Shown here piece by piece: positions 8,863 through 19,117 of a stretch of DNA of 64,000 bases. Both the position numbers and the translations under genes were made by a program. The stretch covers positions 96,001 through 160,000 of the forward strand of contig CAYUTF010000001.1 in assembly GCA_964447495.1 (NCBI GenBank), in the 5' to 3' direction. Positions within the stretch are counted from its first letter, which is position 1, and each line of letters starts with the position of its first letter. This DNA comes from an uncultured archaeon (GTDB taxonomy: Archaea; Asgardarchaeota; Lokiarchaeia; Sigyniarchaeales; SOKP01). The notes under the pieces are model-generated. The model searched no databases. It worked only from the letters and a program-made list of their open reading frames with translations, and was not told the DNA's origin.

Positions 8863-10320
8863 TTAACTATCTTTATTTAAAGAGATTTTTTTTATATTTT
8901 TAGATTCATGTTCATTGTCAGCTATCAGAGATTCTCTTCCACGTTCTATATAATAAAATTCAGATATTTCCGGATTAAATTTTTCTTTTAAAATTTTCAT
9001 AACATTTAACCCCTTTGCATACTCGTCGCATACAAAAATATCAATGCTGATATATCCATGTTCTGGCCATGTATGGATAGCTGCATGACTTGATTTCAAT
9101 ATAGCTATAGCTGTATATCCGTATGGATGAAAATTATATTTAAATATATCAAGGATAACTATTCCAGAAGAAAATAGAGCGGTGAGGAATATTTTATGAA
9201 TCTCTTCATTTTCTAACAGTATTTTTTGGTTTTTAAAACGCATTTCCCCTACAAAATGATGTCCTATTGGACGAAATGGTAAATTAATCCCTTGTTTTAA
9301 TTCAGAAGTATAAATTGGACGAGCCTCTAAACTTAATTTACTCTCGTTCTCATGGACTTCTGCTAAGGTTAGATAATAAAGATCACTAAATTGCCCTAAA
9401 ATACTTGCTCCTTCATAATGATTGAAATCAGGAATCAATTCTTTAATTACAAATCCATGATCCAATATGGATAATTGAATCTTTTGCTTATCTTTCGGAG
9501 GTTTATTTCCGAAACAAAGAATACACCGTTTCCCTATTAAAGTATAATCTCTATTTTCAATTTTAATTGATGTTTTCAAAGCTTGCTTAGCTCTTTTAAG
9601 AAATAGTCGTAACCCTTGGTTTGTGTACGGAGGATCCATAATAACAATATCATATTTATTGAGAAGGTCATTAGGAAGAGGTTCTCGTAAATCATGCTGT
9701 ACAAAATTAATATTGTTTATAGAATTCAAATTTGAAATGTCTGCTAAATAATCTAATACTGCTTTATCTACATCAATTACCGTAATTTCATCTGCTAATT
9801 CGGTTAAACCCACTAAAATGGAAGTAGCATCGTCATCGCCTAAAAAGATAAGTTTTCTTCCTTCAATCTCACCCTTTTTCACAAGATATAAGGTTCGATT
9901 TATAACAGAAGGAATATCAGCGTGTGCTTGATCAAAAGAATAATTCGGATCTGGTCTTTTTTCTAGGTAATTATCACTAAATTTAAGAAAATAGAGTTTC
10001 TTAGGGAGATCTTCAAGTGAAGTTGTTAAATCCTTAGGAAGAGGATCAAAATTAAAATAAAGATTCACGTTTTCCTTTACCCAATTTTCCCCTTCTTGAC
10101 CGAGTCTATTTCGCTTTTCAATAATCCCTGCTTTTACTAATTCTGATCTGACAGCAGCAAGTGCAGGAATCGCAATTCCTGTTTTTTGGGCTAATTTTTT
10201 ATTCTTAAGAGTTGGAAAGCGATACATATAGAGAAGAATTGATCGTAATCCTTCCATTCCTTCAGCTAATTGGGCTTTTTCTGCAATTAGAGTAAGTAAT
10301 TTTTCCGTTTCTATTTGCAT
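8863..10320 (-). CDS. Fusion: HTH + BpsA/DUF43 aminopropyltransferase-like domain + pyruvoyl AdoMet decarboxylase (SpeD-like) domain
   Basis: RPDPNYSFDQ, FLGDDDATSI and DPPYT (DUF43/BpsA); C-terminal FHPYGYTAIAILKSSHAAIHTWPEHGYISIDIFVC (SpeD class 1B). Confidence 0.85.
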   Translation of the reverse strand: MQIETEKLLTLIAEKAQLAEGMEGLRSILLYMYRFPTLKNKKLAQKTGIAIPALAAVRSELVKAGIIEKRNRLGQEGENWVKENVNLYFNFDPLPKDLTTSLEDLPKKLYFLKFSDNYLEKRPDPNYSFDQAHADIPSVINRTLYLVKKGEIEGRKLIFLGDDDATSILVGLTELADEITVIDVDKAVLDYLADISNLNSINNINFVQHDLREPLPNDLLNKYDIVIMDPPYTNQGLRLFLKRAKQALKTSIKIENRDYTLIGKRCILCFGNKPPKDKQKIQLSILDHGFVIKELIPDFNHYEGASILGQFSDLYYLTLAEVHENESKLSLEARPIYTSELKQGINLPFRPIGHHFVGEMRFKNQKILLENEEIHKIFLTALFSSGIVILDIFKYNFHPYGYTAIAILKSSHAAIHTWPEHGYISIDIFVCDEYAKGLNVMKILKEKFNPEISEFYYIERGRESLIADNEHESKNIKKISLNKDS

Positions 10321-10854
10321 TCTGATTACCTTCAGTTATTACTAATTAAATAGGATGGCTTCCTTAAAGTTTTTTAGATCTAGAATTACTTTTACTAAAT
10401 CGATTACAGGTAATTCAAAACCATAAAAAAATGATAATAATATAAAAAAAAATCATGTTATTGCAAGTTATGATAAAATACTCCTTTTTTCGATTCTTTT
10501 CTTTTTCAAAGAATAATTTCTCTCATAACTGGTGTGTTTTATACGATTATGATATTTTGCGTTTCAAATAAAAACTTGTAACTTTTTCCAAGATGCATGT
10601 ATTTTGTATAAGATTTATAAAATACATCTTATATTAGACAAAATACAAATATGCTTTTTATAGCATAAAATATTTTTAAATAAAAAATAAAATACTTTTT
10701 GTTATTTTTTAATACTTAAAGTAAATTTTTAACTCAAACTCTCGGAAAAATTGAACAAGAACAGAATGAGTTGAGAAAATATTTGAAGGATGATATTAAT
10801 TCCGAAGCATAAGATAACAAAAATGTAGAAATAAAATGAGTTTAAGGTGTTTTT

Positions 10855-13095
10855 ATGGAGAAAGTTAGGATGATTAGGTTTACAAAACCCTATCTCATAA
10901 TGATTTTTATATCTATCGGGTTGTTATTTGCTCAAGCAAATTTCGACCTCACATTACCAGACTATCTTTCTAAGATCGTGAATGTGGGCATTCAACAAGG
11001 GGGCGTGGAAGATGCAGTCCCAGAAGCAATCCGGGAAATAGAAATGAACAGAACCTTAATGTGGCTTACTCCTGAAAATCAAACGGACGTGCTCAGTGCT
11101 TATACATTGGTGCATAATGGAAGTTCAGAAGCTAGCTTGTATGTCGAAAAGTATCCTGCCTTGCTTAACCAGTCAGTCTATGTATTGACTAACTCGGAGA
11201 GCGCGACAAACACGAATTTAAATCCGATTATGGCTAGAGCACTTTTAATCGTGTCTTTCGTTGAATTATTAATGATGAATGACACATTACGAATGCTTGT
11301 AAATGCGCAATTAGGACTTTCTCTCCCAGGCAACGGTACAGATTTGTTTGAATATATTAAAACACAACCTCCTTTGACATTATTACTGATTATGACTGTT
11401 GCCAACTCAAGATTTAGTGCACTTGGGGAAAAAATGATTATTCAAGCTGCGACACAAGTTGTTAGAGAGGAATATAAGGCACTTGGTATGGACATAAACC
11501 AATTGCAACTAAACTACATGTTTTACTATGGAGGATTGATGATCCTCTTAACTCTACTCTCAATGGCTTGTATGATTGCAGTAGGTTACTTGGCAGCAAA
11601 GGTTGCTACTGGAATGGCCCGTGATATGCGCCGGGATATATTCAAGAAGGTCGAACAATTTTCGAGCACTGAGTTTGACAGTTTTTCAACGGCATCTTTG
11701 ATCACACGCTCGACGAATGATATAACACAAGTTCAGATGGCGGTAATAATGATTATTCGTCTTGTGTTTTATGCCCCAATTTTGGGAATCGGTGGGATCA
11801 TTCATGCTCTTGATTTAGCTCCAACGATGTGGTGGATAATTGCAATGGCAGTGGGCATATTGCTTAGCTTAATACTTATGGTCTTTTATGTAGCTTTGCC
11901 CAAGTTTAAGAGTATCCAGAAGCTGGTGGATCGTCTCAATCTAGTGGCCCGTGAGGGCTTGACAGGGATAATGGTGATAAGAGCGTTTAATAAACAGCAA
12001 TTTGAAGAGATCCGGTTCGATAAGGCTAACATCGATCTCACCAAGGTATCCTTATTTATCAATCGTGTTATGGTAATTATGATGCCCGTGATGATGATGT
12101 TGATGAATGTTCTCGTGATCATAATCATATGGGTCGGATCGCACGAGGTAGCTAATGCAAATCTCCAAGTTGGTGATATGATCGCCTTTATGCAATATGC
12201 TATGCAAGTGACTATGGCCTTCCTCATGTTGTCAATAATGTTCATTATTTTACCGCGTGCTTCCGTATCTGTAAATCGTATTGCTGAGGTCCTAAAAGTT
12301 GATATTCTAATCCGTGATCCCGAGAATCCAAAACATTTTGATGAACCATTTAGAGGAAAAGTCGAATTCCGGAATGTTTCTTTCCGCTATACTGGTGCAT
12401 TAGAGGATGTCCTACATGATATTTCATTTACCGCCCATTCAGGACAAGTCACGGCTTTTATTGGACCTACTGGCTCTGGTAAATCTACACTTGTAAACTT
12501 GATACCACGTCTTTATGATGTCGTAACGGGAGAAATTTTAATCGATGATGTTGATATACGTGAAGTAAGCCAGCACGAATTACGTGATAAAATTGGTTAT
12601 GTGCCACAGAAGAGTGCGTTATTCTCTGGGACTATCGCGAGTAATCTTCTTTTTGCGAATGAAAACGCGAGCGAGGTCGACCTTAAATCTGCGATACAAA
12701 CCGCCCAAATTACCGAGTTCGTGAATGGTAAAACCGAAGGGATGGCTACTGAGATTGCCCAAGGCGGGATGAATGTGTCTGGAGGTCAAAAACAGCGACT
12801 CTCAATCGCTCGAGCCTTAGTTAAAAAAGCTCCAATTAATATTTTAGATGATAGCTTTTCCAATTTAGACTTTAAAACCGATGTTGCTTTGCGTAAAGCC
12901 CTCCGAGCATCCCTCTCAGTGAGTACAGTGCTTATAGTTACACAAAGAGTTTCCACTATTAAAAATGCAGACCAAATAATTGTTCTCAACGAGGGTAGAA
13001 TTGTCGGGAAGGGAACACATGTTGAACTGATGGAAAATTGTGCTATATATAAGGATATAGCAATGTCACAACTTAGTTTGGAGGAATTATTATGA
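10855..13095 (+). CDS. Heterodimeric ABC exporter subunit (TMD+NBD, degenerate site)
   Basis: SLITRSTND, GPTGSGKS, VSGGQKQR; Walker B LDD and switch Q (VTQR) are degenerate as in TM287. Confidence 0.93.
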   Translation: MEKVRMIRFTKPYLIMIFISIGLLFAQANFDLTLPDYLSKIVNVGIQQGGVEDAVPEAIREIEMNRTLMWLTPENQTDVLSAYTLVHNGSSEASLYVEKYPALLNQSVYVLTNSESATNTNLNPIMARALLIVSFVELLMMNDTLRMLVNAQLGLSLPGNGTDLFEYIKTQPPLTLLLIMTVANSRFSALGEKMIIQAATQVVREEYKALGMDINQLQLNYMFYYGGLMILLTLLSMACMIAVGYLAAKVATGMARDMRRDIFKKVEQFSSTEFDSFSTASLITRSTNDITQVQMAVIMIIRLVFYAPILGIGGIIHALDLAPTMWWIIAMAVGILLSLILMVFYVALPKFKSIQKLVDRLNLVAREGLTGIMVIRAFNKQQFEEIRFDKANIDLTKVSLFINRVMVIMMPVMMMLMNVLVIIIIWVGSHEVANANLQVGDMIAFMQYAMQVTMAFLMLSIMFIILPRASVSVNRIAEVLKVDILIRDPENPKHFDEPFRGKVEFRNVSFRYTGALEDVLHDISFTAHSGQVTAFIGPTGSGKSTLVNLIPRLYDVVTGEILIDDVDIREVSQHELRDKIGYVPQKSALFSGTIASNLLFANENASEVDLKSAIQTAQITEFVNGKTEGMATEIAQGGMNVSGGQKQRLSIARALVKKAPINILDDSFSNLDFKTDVALRKALRASLSVSTVLIVTQRVSTIKNADQIIVLNEGRIVGKGTHVELMENCAIYKDIAMSQLSLEELL

Positions 13096-14939
13096 TGCAA
13101 CGACCTGGAGGTCCAATGAGAGGGCGTGGTCCGATGGGAGCAACGGGTGTTGCTCGTGAAAAGGCTACCAACTTTCGTGGGACGATGGGTAAACTATTCC
13201 GTTATATGGGTAGGTATAAAGGGTTAGTATTGCTGGTCTTCATATTTGCTGCAGCATCTACAACTGCAAACATTATCGGTCCAAAGATTCTCGGAACTGC
13301 CACAACAACTCTTGTTACTGGCGTGATAGCCCAAATTAGTGGTACAGGCGTAATTGATTTTGCTAGTATTGGCGTAATTTTACTTGAAGTACTAGCAATA
13401 TACGTTATCTCAGCAATTTTTGGCTTTATACAAGGCTGGATTATGGCGGGTGTTTCAACTAATATTGCTTATCGATTCCGTCGGGATATTGCGGAAAAGA
13501 TCGACCACTTACCACTTAAATATTTTGATGGGACTACTTACGGAGAAGTACTTTCTCGTATTACAAATGATGTCGACACAATCAACCAGTCATTAAGCCA
13601 AAGTCTCACGCAGATTATTACATCAGTAGTAACAATCGTGGGAGTCTTGATCATGATGCTTAGTATAAGTTGGGTCATGACATTGGTAGCGCTTGCGATG
13701 CTTCCATTGTCATTATTACTAATGGGTGTAGTTATTGGTCGCTCACAGAAGTACTTTAAACAACAACAAGATAATTTAGGGCATGTCAACGGTCATGTCG
13801 AAGAAATGTATGGTGGTCATATTGTGATAAAGGCATTCAACGGGGAAGAAAAAAGCGTTGAAAAATTCAACAAATTTAATAAAAATTGGTATACAGGCTC
13901 TTGGAAAGCAAATTTCTTCTCAGGATTGATGATACCAATCATGTTATTCATTGGAAATTTGGGATATGTGGCTGTTACAATTTTCGGCGCATGGTTGGCA
14001 ATTCAAAACGTAATTACAATAGGGGATATTCAAGCATTCATTCAGTATGTCCGCTCGTTCACCCAACCTCTCAGCCAAATTGCTAATATTTCCAATGTTC
14101 TTCAGCAAACAGCTGCTGCTGCTGAACGCGTATTTAAATTTCTTGAAGAAGAGGAAGAGACTCCCGATGTAACTAACCCTATTAAGCTAGAACGCGTCAA
14201 AGGATTAGTGGAATTCCGAAACGTGCATTTTGGATATGATCCTAATAAGATTATCATCCAAAACTTCTCCGCTATAGCCCAACCTGGTCAAAAGGTTGCG
14301 ATAGTTGGACCAACAGGAGCAGGAAAAACCACTATTGTCAAACTACTTATGCGTTTCTACGATCTGAATAGCGGAACAATTTTAGTAGATGGTCATGACA
14401 CTCGAGATTTCACACGAGCAGATCTTCGCCGTATGTTTGGAATGGTGTTGCAAGATACTTGGCTTTATAATGATTCCATAATGAATAATATTAGATATAG
14501 CAATCAAGATGCAACTGACGAGGAAGTGCTTGCGGCTGCAAGTATTGCCCACGTTGACCCTTTCGTCAAAATGTTACCCGATGGATATAATATGGTGATC
14601 AATGAGGAAATAACAAATGTCTCTCAGGGTCAAATGCAGTTATTAACGATTGCCCGTGCCATCCTTGCGAATCCACCAATACTGATCCTTGATGAAGCTA
14701 CCAGTTCCGTCGATACGCATACGGAGATCTTGATACAAGAAGCCATGGATGCACTAATGCAGAATAGAACTAGTTTCGTTATAGCTCATCGTTTATCCAC
14801 TATTCGTAATGCAGATCTGATCCTCGTAATGCGGGATGGAGACATTGTAGAGCAAGGCAACCATAATGAGTTGCTAGCACGGGGTGGTTACTACGCTGAG
14901 TTATACAATAGTCAATTTGAAAAGTTGAATAATGACTAA
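13092..14939 (+). CDS. Heterodimeric ABC exporter subunit (TMD+NBD, consensus catalytic residues)
   Basis: GPTGAGKT, VSQGQ, ILDEATSSVD, IAHRLSTI; ATGA overlap with partner; TM288-like. Confidence 0.93.
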   Translation: MMQRPGGPMRGRGPMGATGVAREKATNFRGTMGKLFRYMGRYKGLVLLVFIFAAASTTANIIGPKILGTATTTLVTGVIAQISGTGVIDFASIGVILLEVLAIYVISAIFGFIQGWIMAGVSTNIAYRFRRDIAEKIDHLPLKYFDGTTYGEVLSRITNDVDTINQSLSQSLTQIITSVVTIVGVLIMMLSISWVMTLVALAMLPLSLLLMGVVIGRSQKYFKQQQDNLGHVNGHVEEMYGGHIVIKAFNGEEKSVEKFNKFNKNWYTGSWKANFFSGLMIPIMLFIGNLGYVAVTIFGAWLAIQNVITIGDIQAFIQYVRSFTQPLSQIANISNVLQQTAAAAERVFKFLEEEEETPDVTNPIKLERVKGLVEFRNVHFGYDPNKIIIQNFSAIAQPGQKVAIVGPTGAGKTTIVKLLMRFYDLNSGTILVDGHDTRDFTRADLRRMFGMVLQDTWLYNDSIMNNIRYSNQDATDEEVLAAASIAHVDPFVKMLPDGYNMVINEEITNVSQGQMQLLTIARAILANPPILILDEATSSVDTHTEILIQEAMDALMQNRTSFVIAHRLSTIRNADLILVMRDGDIVEQGNHNELLARGGYYAELYNSQFEKLNND

Positions 14940-15071
14940 TATATTTTTAATTTTTTTTTACATTATCTTTAATTTTCTTTTATGTTTATTTTTCTTTTAT
15001 GATTTTTGCTATAAAGTATGCTGTTAAAAATATAAATAAAGTAATTGCTGAAAGAACTCAAAAAGGAGGTT

Positions 15072-15404
15072 TCAAATTCCCATTACTGCGTTATTCAAAA
15101 ATCCAATACCTCTAGGGGTCGCTTTCCAACCATTTTTTGTATTCATGATATAAAATAATTGCTCTAACATGGATAAGTGATATCTAATTTGACTCTCTTC
15201 TTCTTGAAAGTTACTCTTTATTTGTTCAAGTGTTCTTGTATTAGTCCCAATGAATTTTAATAATTCTCTCCTAGTTTGATTCATCATCGTTCTATAAGCA
15301 CGACGATGATCTTCTTTATGGTCCATATCTTTTGTCATTTGTAAATACTCTTTCATCTCTTCTTCATTAAGTTGGCATAATTCCATAATTTCTTTCATAT
15401 TCAT
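15072..15404 (-). CDS. Winged-helix (ArsR-like) DNA-binding protein
   Basis: NQTRRELLKFI...QIRYHLSMLE...WKATPRG pattern. Confidence 0.75.
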   Translation of the reverse strand: MNMKEIMELCQLNEEEMKEYLQMTKDMDHKEDHRRAYRTMMNQTRRELLKFIGTNTRTLEQIKSNFQEEESQIRYHLSMLEQLFYIMNTKNGWKATPRGIGFLNNAVMGI

Positions 15405-15581
15405 TTGTGTTTCCCCTTCAATTCCTTCAAAGTAATTTTAATTTGTTTTTTTCCTAATTTATGTAATTCATTATCACATAAATAATCAATATTTAAGGAA
15501 TATTGAATTGAAATAGACCCTTAAAAATCTGTTTTCATTATAATGGAGGAGCGATATATTTAAATATGATTTTTGATATAT

Positions 15582-15609
15582 TCCTACATGGGATTATTCC
15601 CATATGAGA
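15582..15609 (+). promoter_or_regulatory. Tandem palindromic operator downstream of a TATA box
   Basis: TCCTACATGGGA (15582-15593) and TCCCATATGAGA (15598-15609) between TTTAAATA (15559-15566) and the PadR start at 15629. Confidence 0.55.
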
Positions 15610-15628
15610 CTATTAAAAATTGAAATAA

Positions 15629-16237
15629 ATGATAACTAATATGAAAAATGAATTGCAAAATGAACTAACCCATAAACAATTTACTCTGTTAGGTTTAGTT
15701 GCAGAAGGGGACCCTGAATATGGATATCGAAGTACATATCCATATATGATTAATAAGAAGATAAAGGAGAGAGGAATGGAAGCTTGGACAAAAATAGGTG
15801 AGATGGGAAGATCCTCCATTTATAGAATTCTAAAAGAGTTAGAGTCAATTAAATTGATTACTCATTATACTGAAGAAGTAGATAATAGAAAGCGAAAAAT
15901 ATATTCTATTACCCACTTAGGAATTAAGGCTCTTAAAAAAAGAATATTTGAAGTTTTAAGTAATTTTAAGGGAAAAAATGATGAGGATTTTTATGTTGCA
16001 TTTTCTATGCTTCCACTTATATCTCAAGAAGAGCAAACTGAAGCATTAACTAAATCAATCGAACTAATATCTAATAATATAAAGGAACTAGAAGAAATGC
16101 TAGAACAAAATTCTCGATTACCTATTAATGTAACTGGATTATTTATCCATCCAATTGAAATATTAAAAACAGATGTTAAATTTCTTAATTGGGTTATAGA
16201 CGAAATAAGAAAAGGAAAGGAGAGAATCTCGAAATGA
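15629..16237 (+). CDS. PadR-family transcriptional regulator
   Basis: LLGLVAE...YPYMINK...SSIYRILKELE...RKIYSITHLG with C-terminal helical domain. Confidence 0.85.
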   Translation: MITNMKNELQNELTHKQFTLLGLVAEGDPEYGYRSTYPYMINKKIKERGMEAWTKIGEMGRSSIYRILKELESIKLITHYTEEVDNRKRKIYSITHLGIKALKKRIFEVLSNFKGKNDEDFYVAFSMLPLISQEEQTEALTKSIELISNNIKELEEMLEQNSRLPINVTGLFIHPIEILKTDVKFLNWVIDEIRKGKERISK

Positions 16238-17370
16238 AAATTATAGTTAGGGATTTTATACACAGAATTGGACACCATTGCGAATCTTCTTCAATGAGGG
16301 ACTTATTTGAATTTTATGGATTTCCTATGTCTGAAGCAATGGCATTCGGACTAGACGGTACTCTAGGTTTTGGTTTTTTTAAAAATGATGTTCAAATATC
16401 TTTTATATCAGATTCTAATCTTCCTTTCTTTCTAGGAGGCAAACAGGGAACCATCGAACCTAATAGTTTGGCATGTCGTTTATTAGGGATAACAATTAGA
16501 AAGCAATCTTTTAGCAATGCAGATAAAGCTTGGGAGGAGTCTAAAAAGATATTAAATCAGAATCAACCTCTTATTTTAAGAGTAGATATTGCTTATATGC
16601 CATATGAGGGATTTGATCAACAACTTAATGAAGCTCATTTTGGGGGCCATGCAGTTACCTTAGCGGGATATGATGAGGAAAAGAAAGTAACTTTTATAGG
16701 GGACACCGAATTTGAGGGTTTTCAAGAAGTCAGTTTTGATGTTTTAAAGTTAGCGAGAAGCTCTACTTATGGACCAAAGTTTTTACATCCGAACAACACT
16801 CAATTCTCTATGATTCCTCGTCCTGATGGCAAACATCCACCTCTTGCTGCGGGTGTAAAAGTCGCAATCCAACAAGTTGTCAATAACATGCTTAGACCTT
16901 CGATGAATAATATTGGTATACAAGGCTTAAACCTTTTTGCAAAATCTATTCTTAATTGGAATGTAAAATTAAATAAAACTATTAAGAATTCACGAAATGA
17001 AGTGCATTCATTAGCTCAGGTTATGTTTGAGCTTACTTATGCTTATATTGAGACGTGGGGTACTGGAGGTGCGTTATTCCGGAAATTATATAAATCATTT
17101 TTAGAAGAAATTCTGAATCACCCTGAGATTAAAGATGGTCAGAGGGCATGGAAGAATGAGGAATTTGCATTAGTAAGCGATGCTATCCCACATATAACCC
17201 TATCTTCAGAGAAATGGACAGCAATTGCGAATATTCTTAAAAATGCAGCTATTAATTATAAAGAAGAATGTTTAAATTATGTAAATCTTAATGATTTGCA
17301 CACAATAATTCTGGAAATTATTTCAGAAGAAGAACAATTATGGAAAATATTATCAAAACTAAAAATATAA
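16234..17370 (+). CDS. BtrH-like (papain/C39-fold) protein
   Basis: HCESSSMRDL, MSEAMAFGL, HFGGHAVTLAGYD, GTGGALFRKLY; ATG 16234 overlaps the PadR stop (ATGA). Confidence 0.8.
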   Translation: MKIIVRDFIHRIGHHCESSSMRDLFEFYGFPMSEAMAFGLDGTLGFGFFKNDVQISFISDSNLPFFLGGKQGTIEPNSLACRLLGITIRKQSFSNADKAWEESKKILNQNQPLILRVDIAYMPYEGFDQQLNEAHFGGHAVTLAGYDEEKKVTFIGDTEFEGFQEVSFDVLKLARSSTYGPKFLHPNNTQFSMIPRPDGKHPPLAAGVKVAIQQVVNNMLRPSMNNIGIQGLNLFAKSILNWNVKLNKTIKNSRNEVHSLAQVMFELTYAYIETWGTGGALFRKLYKSFLEEILNHPEIKDGQRAWKNEEFALVSDAIPHITLSSEKWTAIANILKNAAINYKEECLNYVNLNDLHTIILEIISEEEQLWKILSKLKI

Positions 17371-17390
17371 GTTAAATTGGTCGTTAATTT

Positions 17391-18410
17391 ATGGAAAAAT
17401 TAAGTGATATTATTAAATCTGATACTATTGATTGGTTATTAGAAGAAAATAATCCTTCTGTTAGATATTTTGCATTGAAGGAACTCTTAGGAAAAGAAGA
17501 TAATTCTAGTGAAGTAAAAGAGGCAAAAGAAAAAATTATGGTAGAAGGGATTGTCCCAATAATTTTACGCAAACAATATAGTGGTGGTCATTGGGGCATT
17601 TCTGAAAATTTTTATGTAAGTGCGAAATATAAGGGAACAGTATGGCAAATTATCATACTTGCTGAACTTGGCGCAGATGGTAATGATACACGCATACAAA
17701 ATGCTTGCGAATTCATCCTTAGGATTTCACAAGACCCTACGAGTGGAGGTTTTGCGTACCGTTGCAATAATCAAGGTACTGGCGATCACTTAAAAGTTCT
17801 GCCATGTTTAACCGGCAATATGCTCTGGTCTTTAATTAAGTTTGGATATTTAGATGATCCGAGAGTTCAGAGTGGTCTCGATTGGATTATTAAATACCAA
17901 CGTTTTGATGATGGTAATGAAGAAAATCCAAAAGATTGGCCGTATAATATCGGATCAAAAAAAGGGGAAGCATGTTGGGGAAAACACACTTGTCATATGA
18001 ATGTAGTAAAGAACCTGAAGGCTCTCGCTGAGATCCCTTTGGAAAAACGATCAAGAGGAGTTAAAAAAGTAATTGGAGAAGCAGTTGAATTCATGCTTAA
18101 ACATCGCATTTATAAAAAAAGTCACGCGCCCTTTACAGTAGCTAAGGATGAATGGACACAATTTGGATTCCCACTGATTTGGAAGGTTGATGCCTTGGAT
18201 GTTTTAGGGTTAATAACTAAATTAGGATATAAAGATGATCGAATGCAGGATGCTGTTGATTTGGTTATTTCAAAACAAAATGAACATGGGAGATGGATAT
18301 TAGAAAAAACATTTAATGGAAGGATGATAACGAATATTGAACAGAAAGGTAAGGAGAGTAAATGGATAACTTTACATGCACTGAATGTGTTAAAGCGATA
18401 TTATAAATAA
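17391..18410 (+). CDS. Prenyltransferase/squalene-cyclase-like alpha/alpha barrel protein
   Basis: WLLEENNPSVRY, QYSGGHW, KYKGTVW, PCLTGN, QRFDDG, QNEHGRW (QW-like repeats), ESKWITL. Confidence 0.75.
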   Translation: MEKLSDIIKSDTIDWLLEENNPSVRYFALKELLGKEDNSSEVKEAKEKIMVEGIVPIILRKQYSGGHWGISENFYVSAKYKGTVWQIIILAELGADGNDTRIQNACEFILRISQDPTSGGFAYRCNNQGTGDHLKVLPCLTGNMLWSLIKFGYLDDPRVQSGLDWIIKYQRFDDGNEENPKDWPYNIGSKKGEACWGKHTCHMNVVKNLKALAEIPLEKRSRGVKKVIGEAVEFMLKHRIYKKSHAPFTVAKDEWTQFGFPLIWKVDALDVLGLITKLGYKDDRMQDAVDLVISKQNEHGRWILEKTFNGRMITNIEQKGKESKWITLHALNVLKRYYK

Positions 18411-18433
18411 ATTTTTCATAAAGTTGAGAGAAA

Positions 18434-19105
18434 ATGATTAAAGATTTCGAAAGTGAAATAAATATAGAAGATTTTAGAAAAATCTTCCTGAAATTTACTA
18501 GGGAGGCATTTCAAATGTTGCCAAAGATGGCGAATATGAAAATTCTAGATATTGGATGTGGTTCAGGAACACCAAGCATGGAATTAATTAAATTATTTGA
18601 TGGAACAGTTGTTGGAATTGATATTGATCAAGATGCTTTAAATAAGTTCAATTTAAAAATTAAAAGAGAGAGATATTCCAATAGGATATCTACTTTACAT
18701 TGTTCTATTTACGAGACACATTTCCAAGATAATAGCTTTAATATTCTCTGGGAAGAAGGCGTATTACATTTACTTAATTTAAAGAAGGCGTTAAAAGAAT
18801 GTAATCGATTATTAACTGTTAATGGTTTCTTAGTTATGAATGAAACGATTAAATGGTTTGATAAAAATAATGAGGTTTTTCTTGAATATGATTTTAAGCT
18901 CAATGAAAAGTTTTTATTACCAGAGAGATTTTGGTGGACGGATTATTATGAACCACTTGAAAAAAAGATCAAGCAATTACGTTATAAATATAAAAATAAA
19001 ATAAATTCTAATTTATTCAAGAAGTATGAAAGAGAGATTAAAATGGTAAAGAAGAACCCTACAGAATTTGATTGTGGTTTTTATATTATGAAGAAGATTA
19101 ATTAG
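18434..19105 (+). CDS. Class I SAM-dependent methyltransferase
   Basis: ILDIGCGSG, GIDID, ILWEEG, WWTDYYEPL. Confidence 0.88.
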   Translation: MIKDFESEINIEDFRKIFLKFTREAFQMLPKMANMKILDIGCGSGTPSMELIKLFDGTVVGIDIDQDALNKFNLKIKRERYSNRISTLHCSIYETHFQDNSFNILWEEGVLHLLNLKKALKECNRLLTVNGFLVMNETIKWFDKNNEVFLEYDFKLNEKFLLPERFWWTDYYEPLEKKIKQLRYKYKNKINSNLFKKYEREIKMVKKNPTEFDCGFYIMKKIN

Positions 19106-19117
19106 GATAAATGGAGA

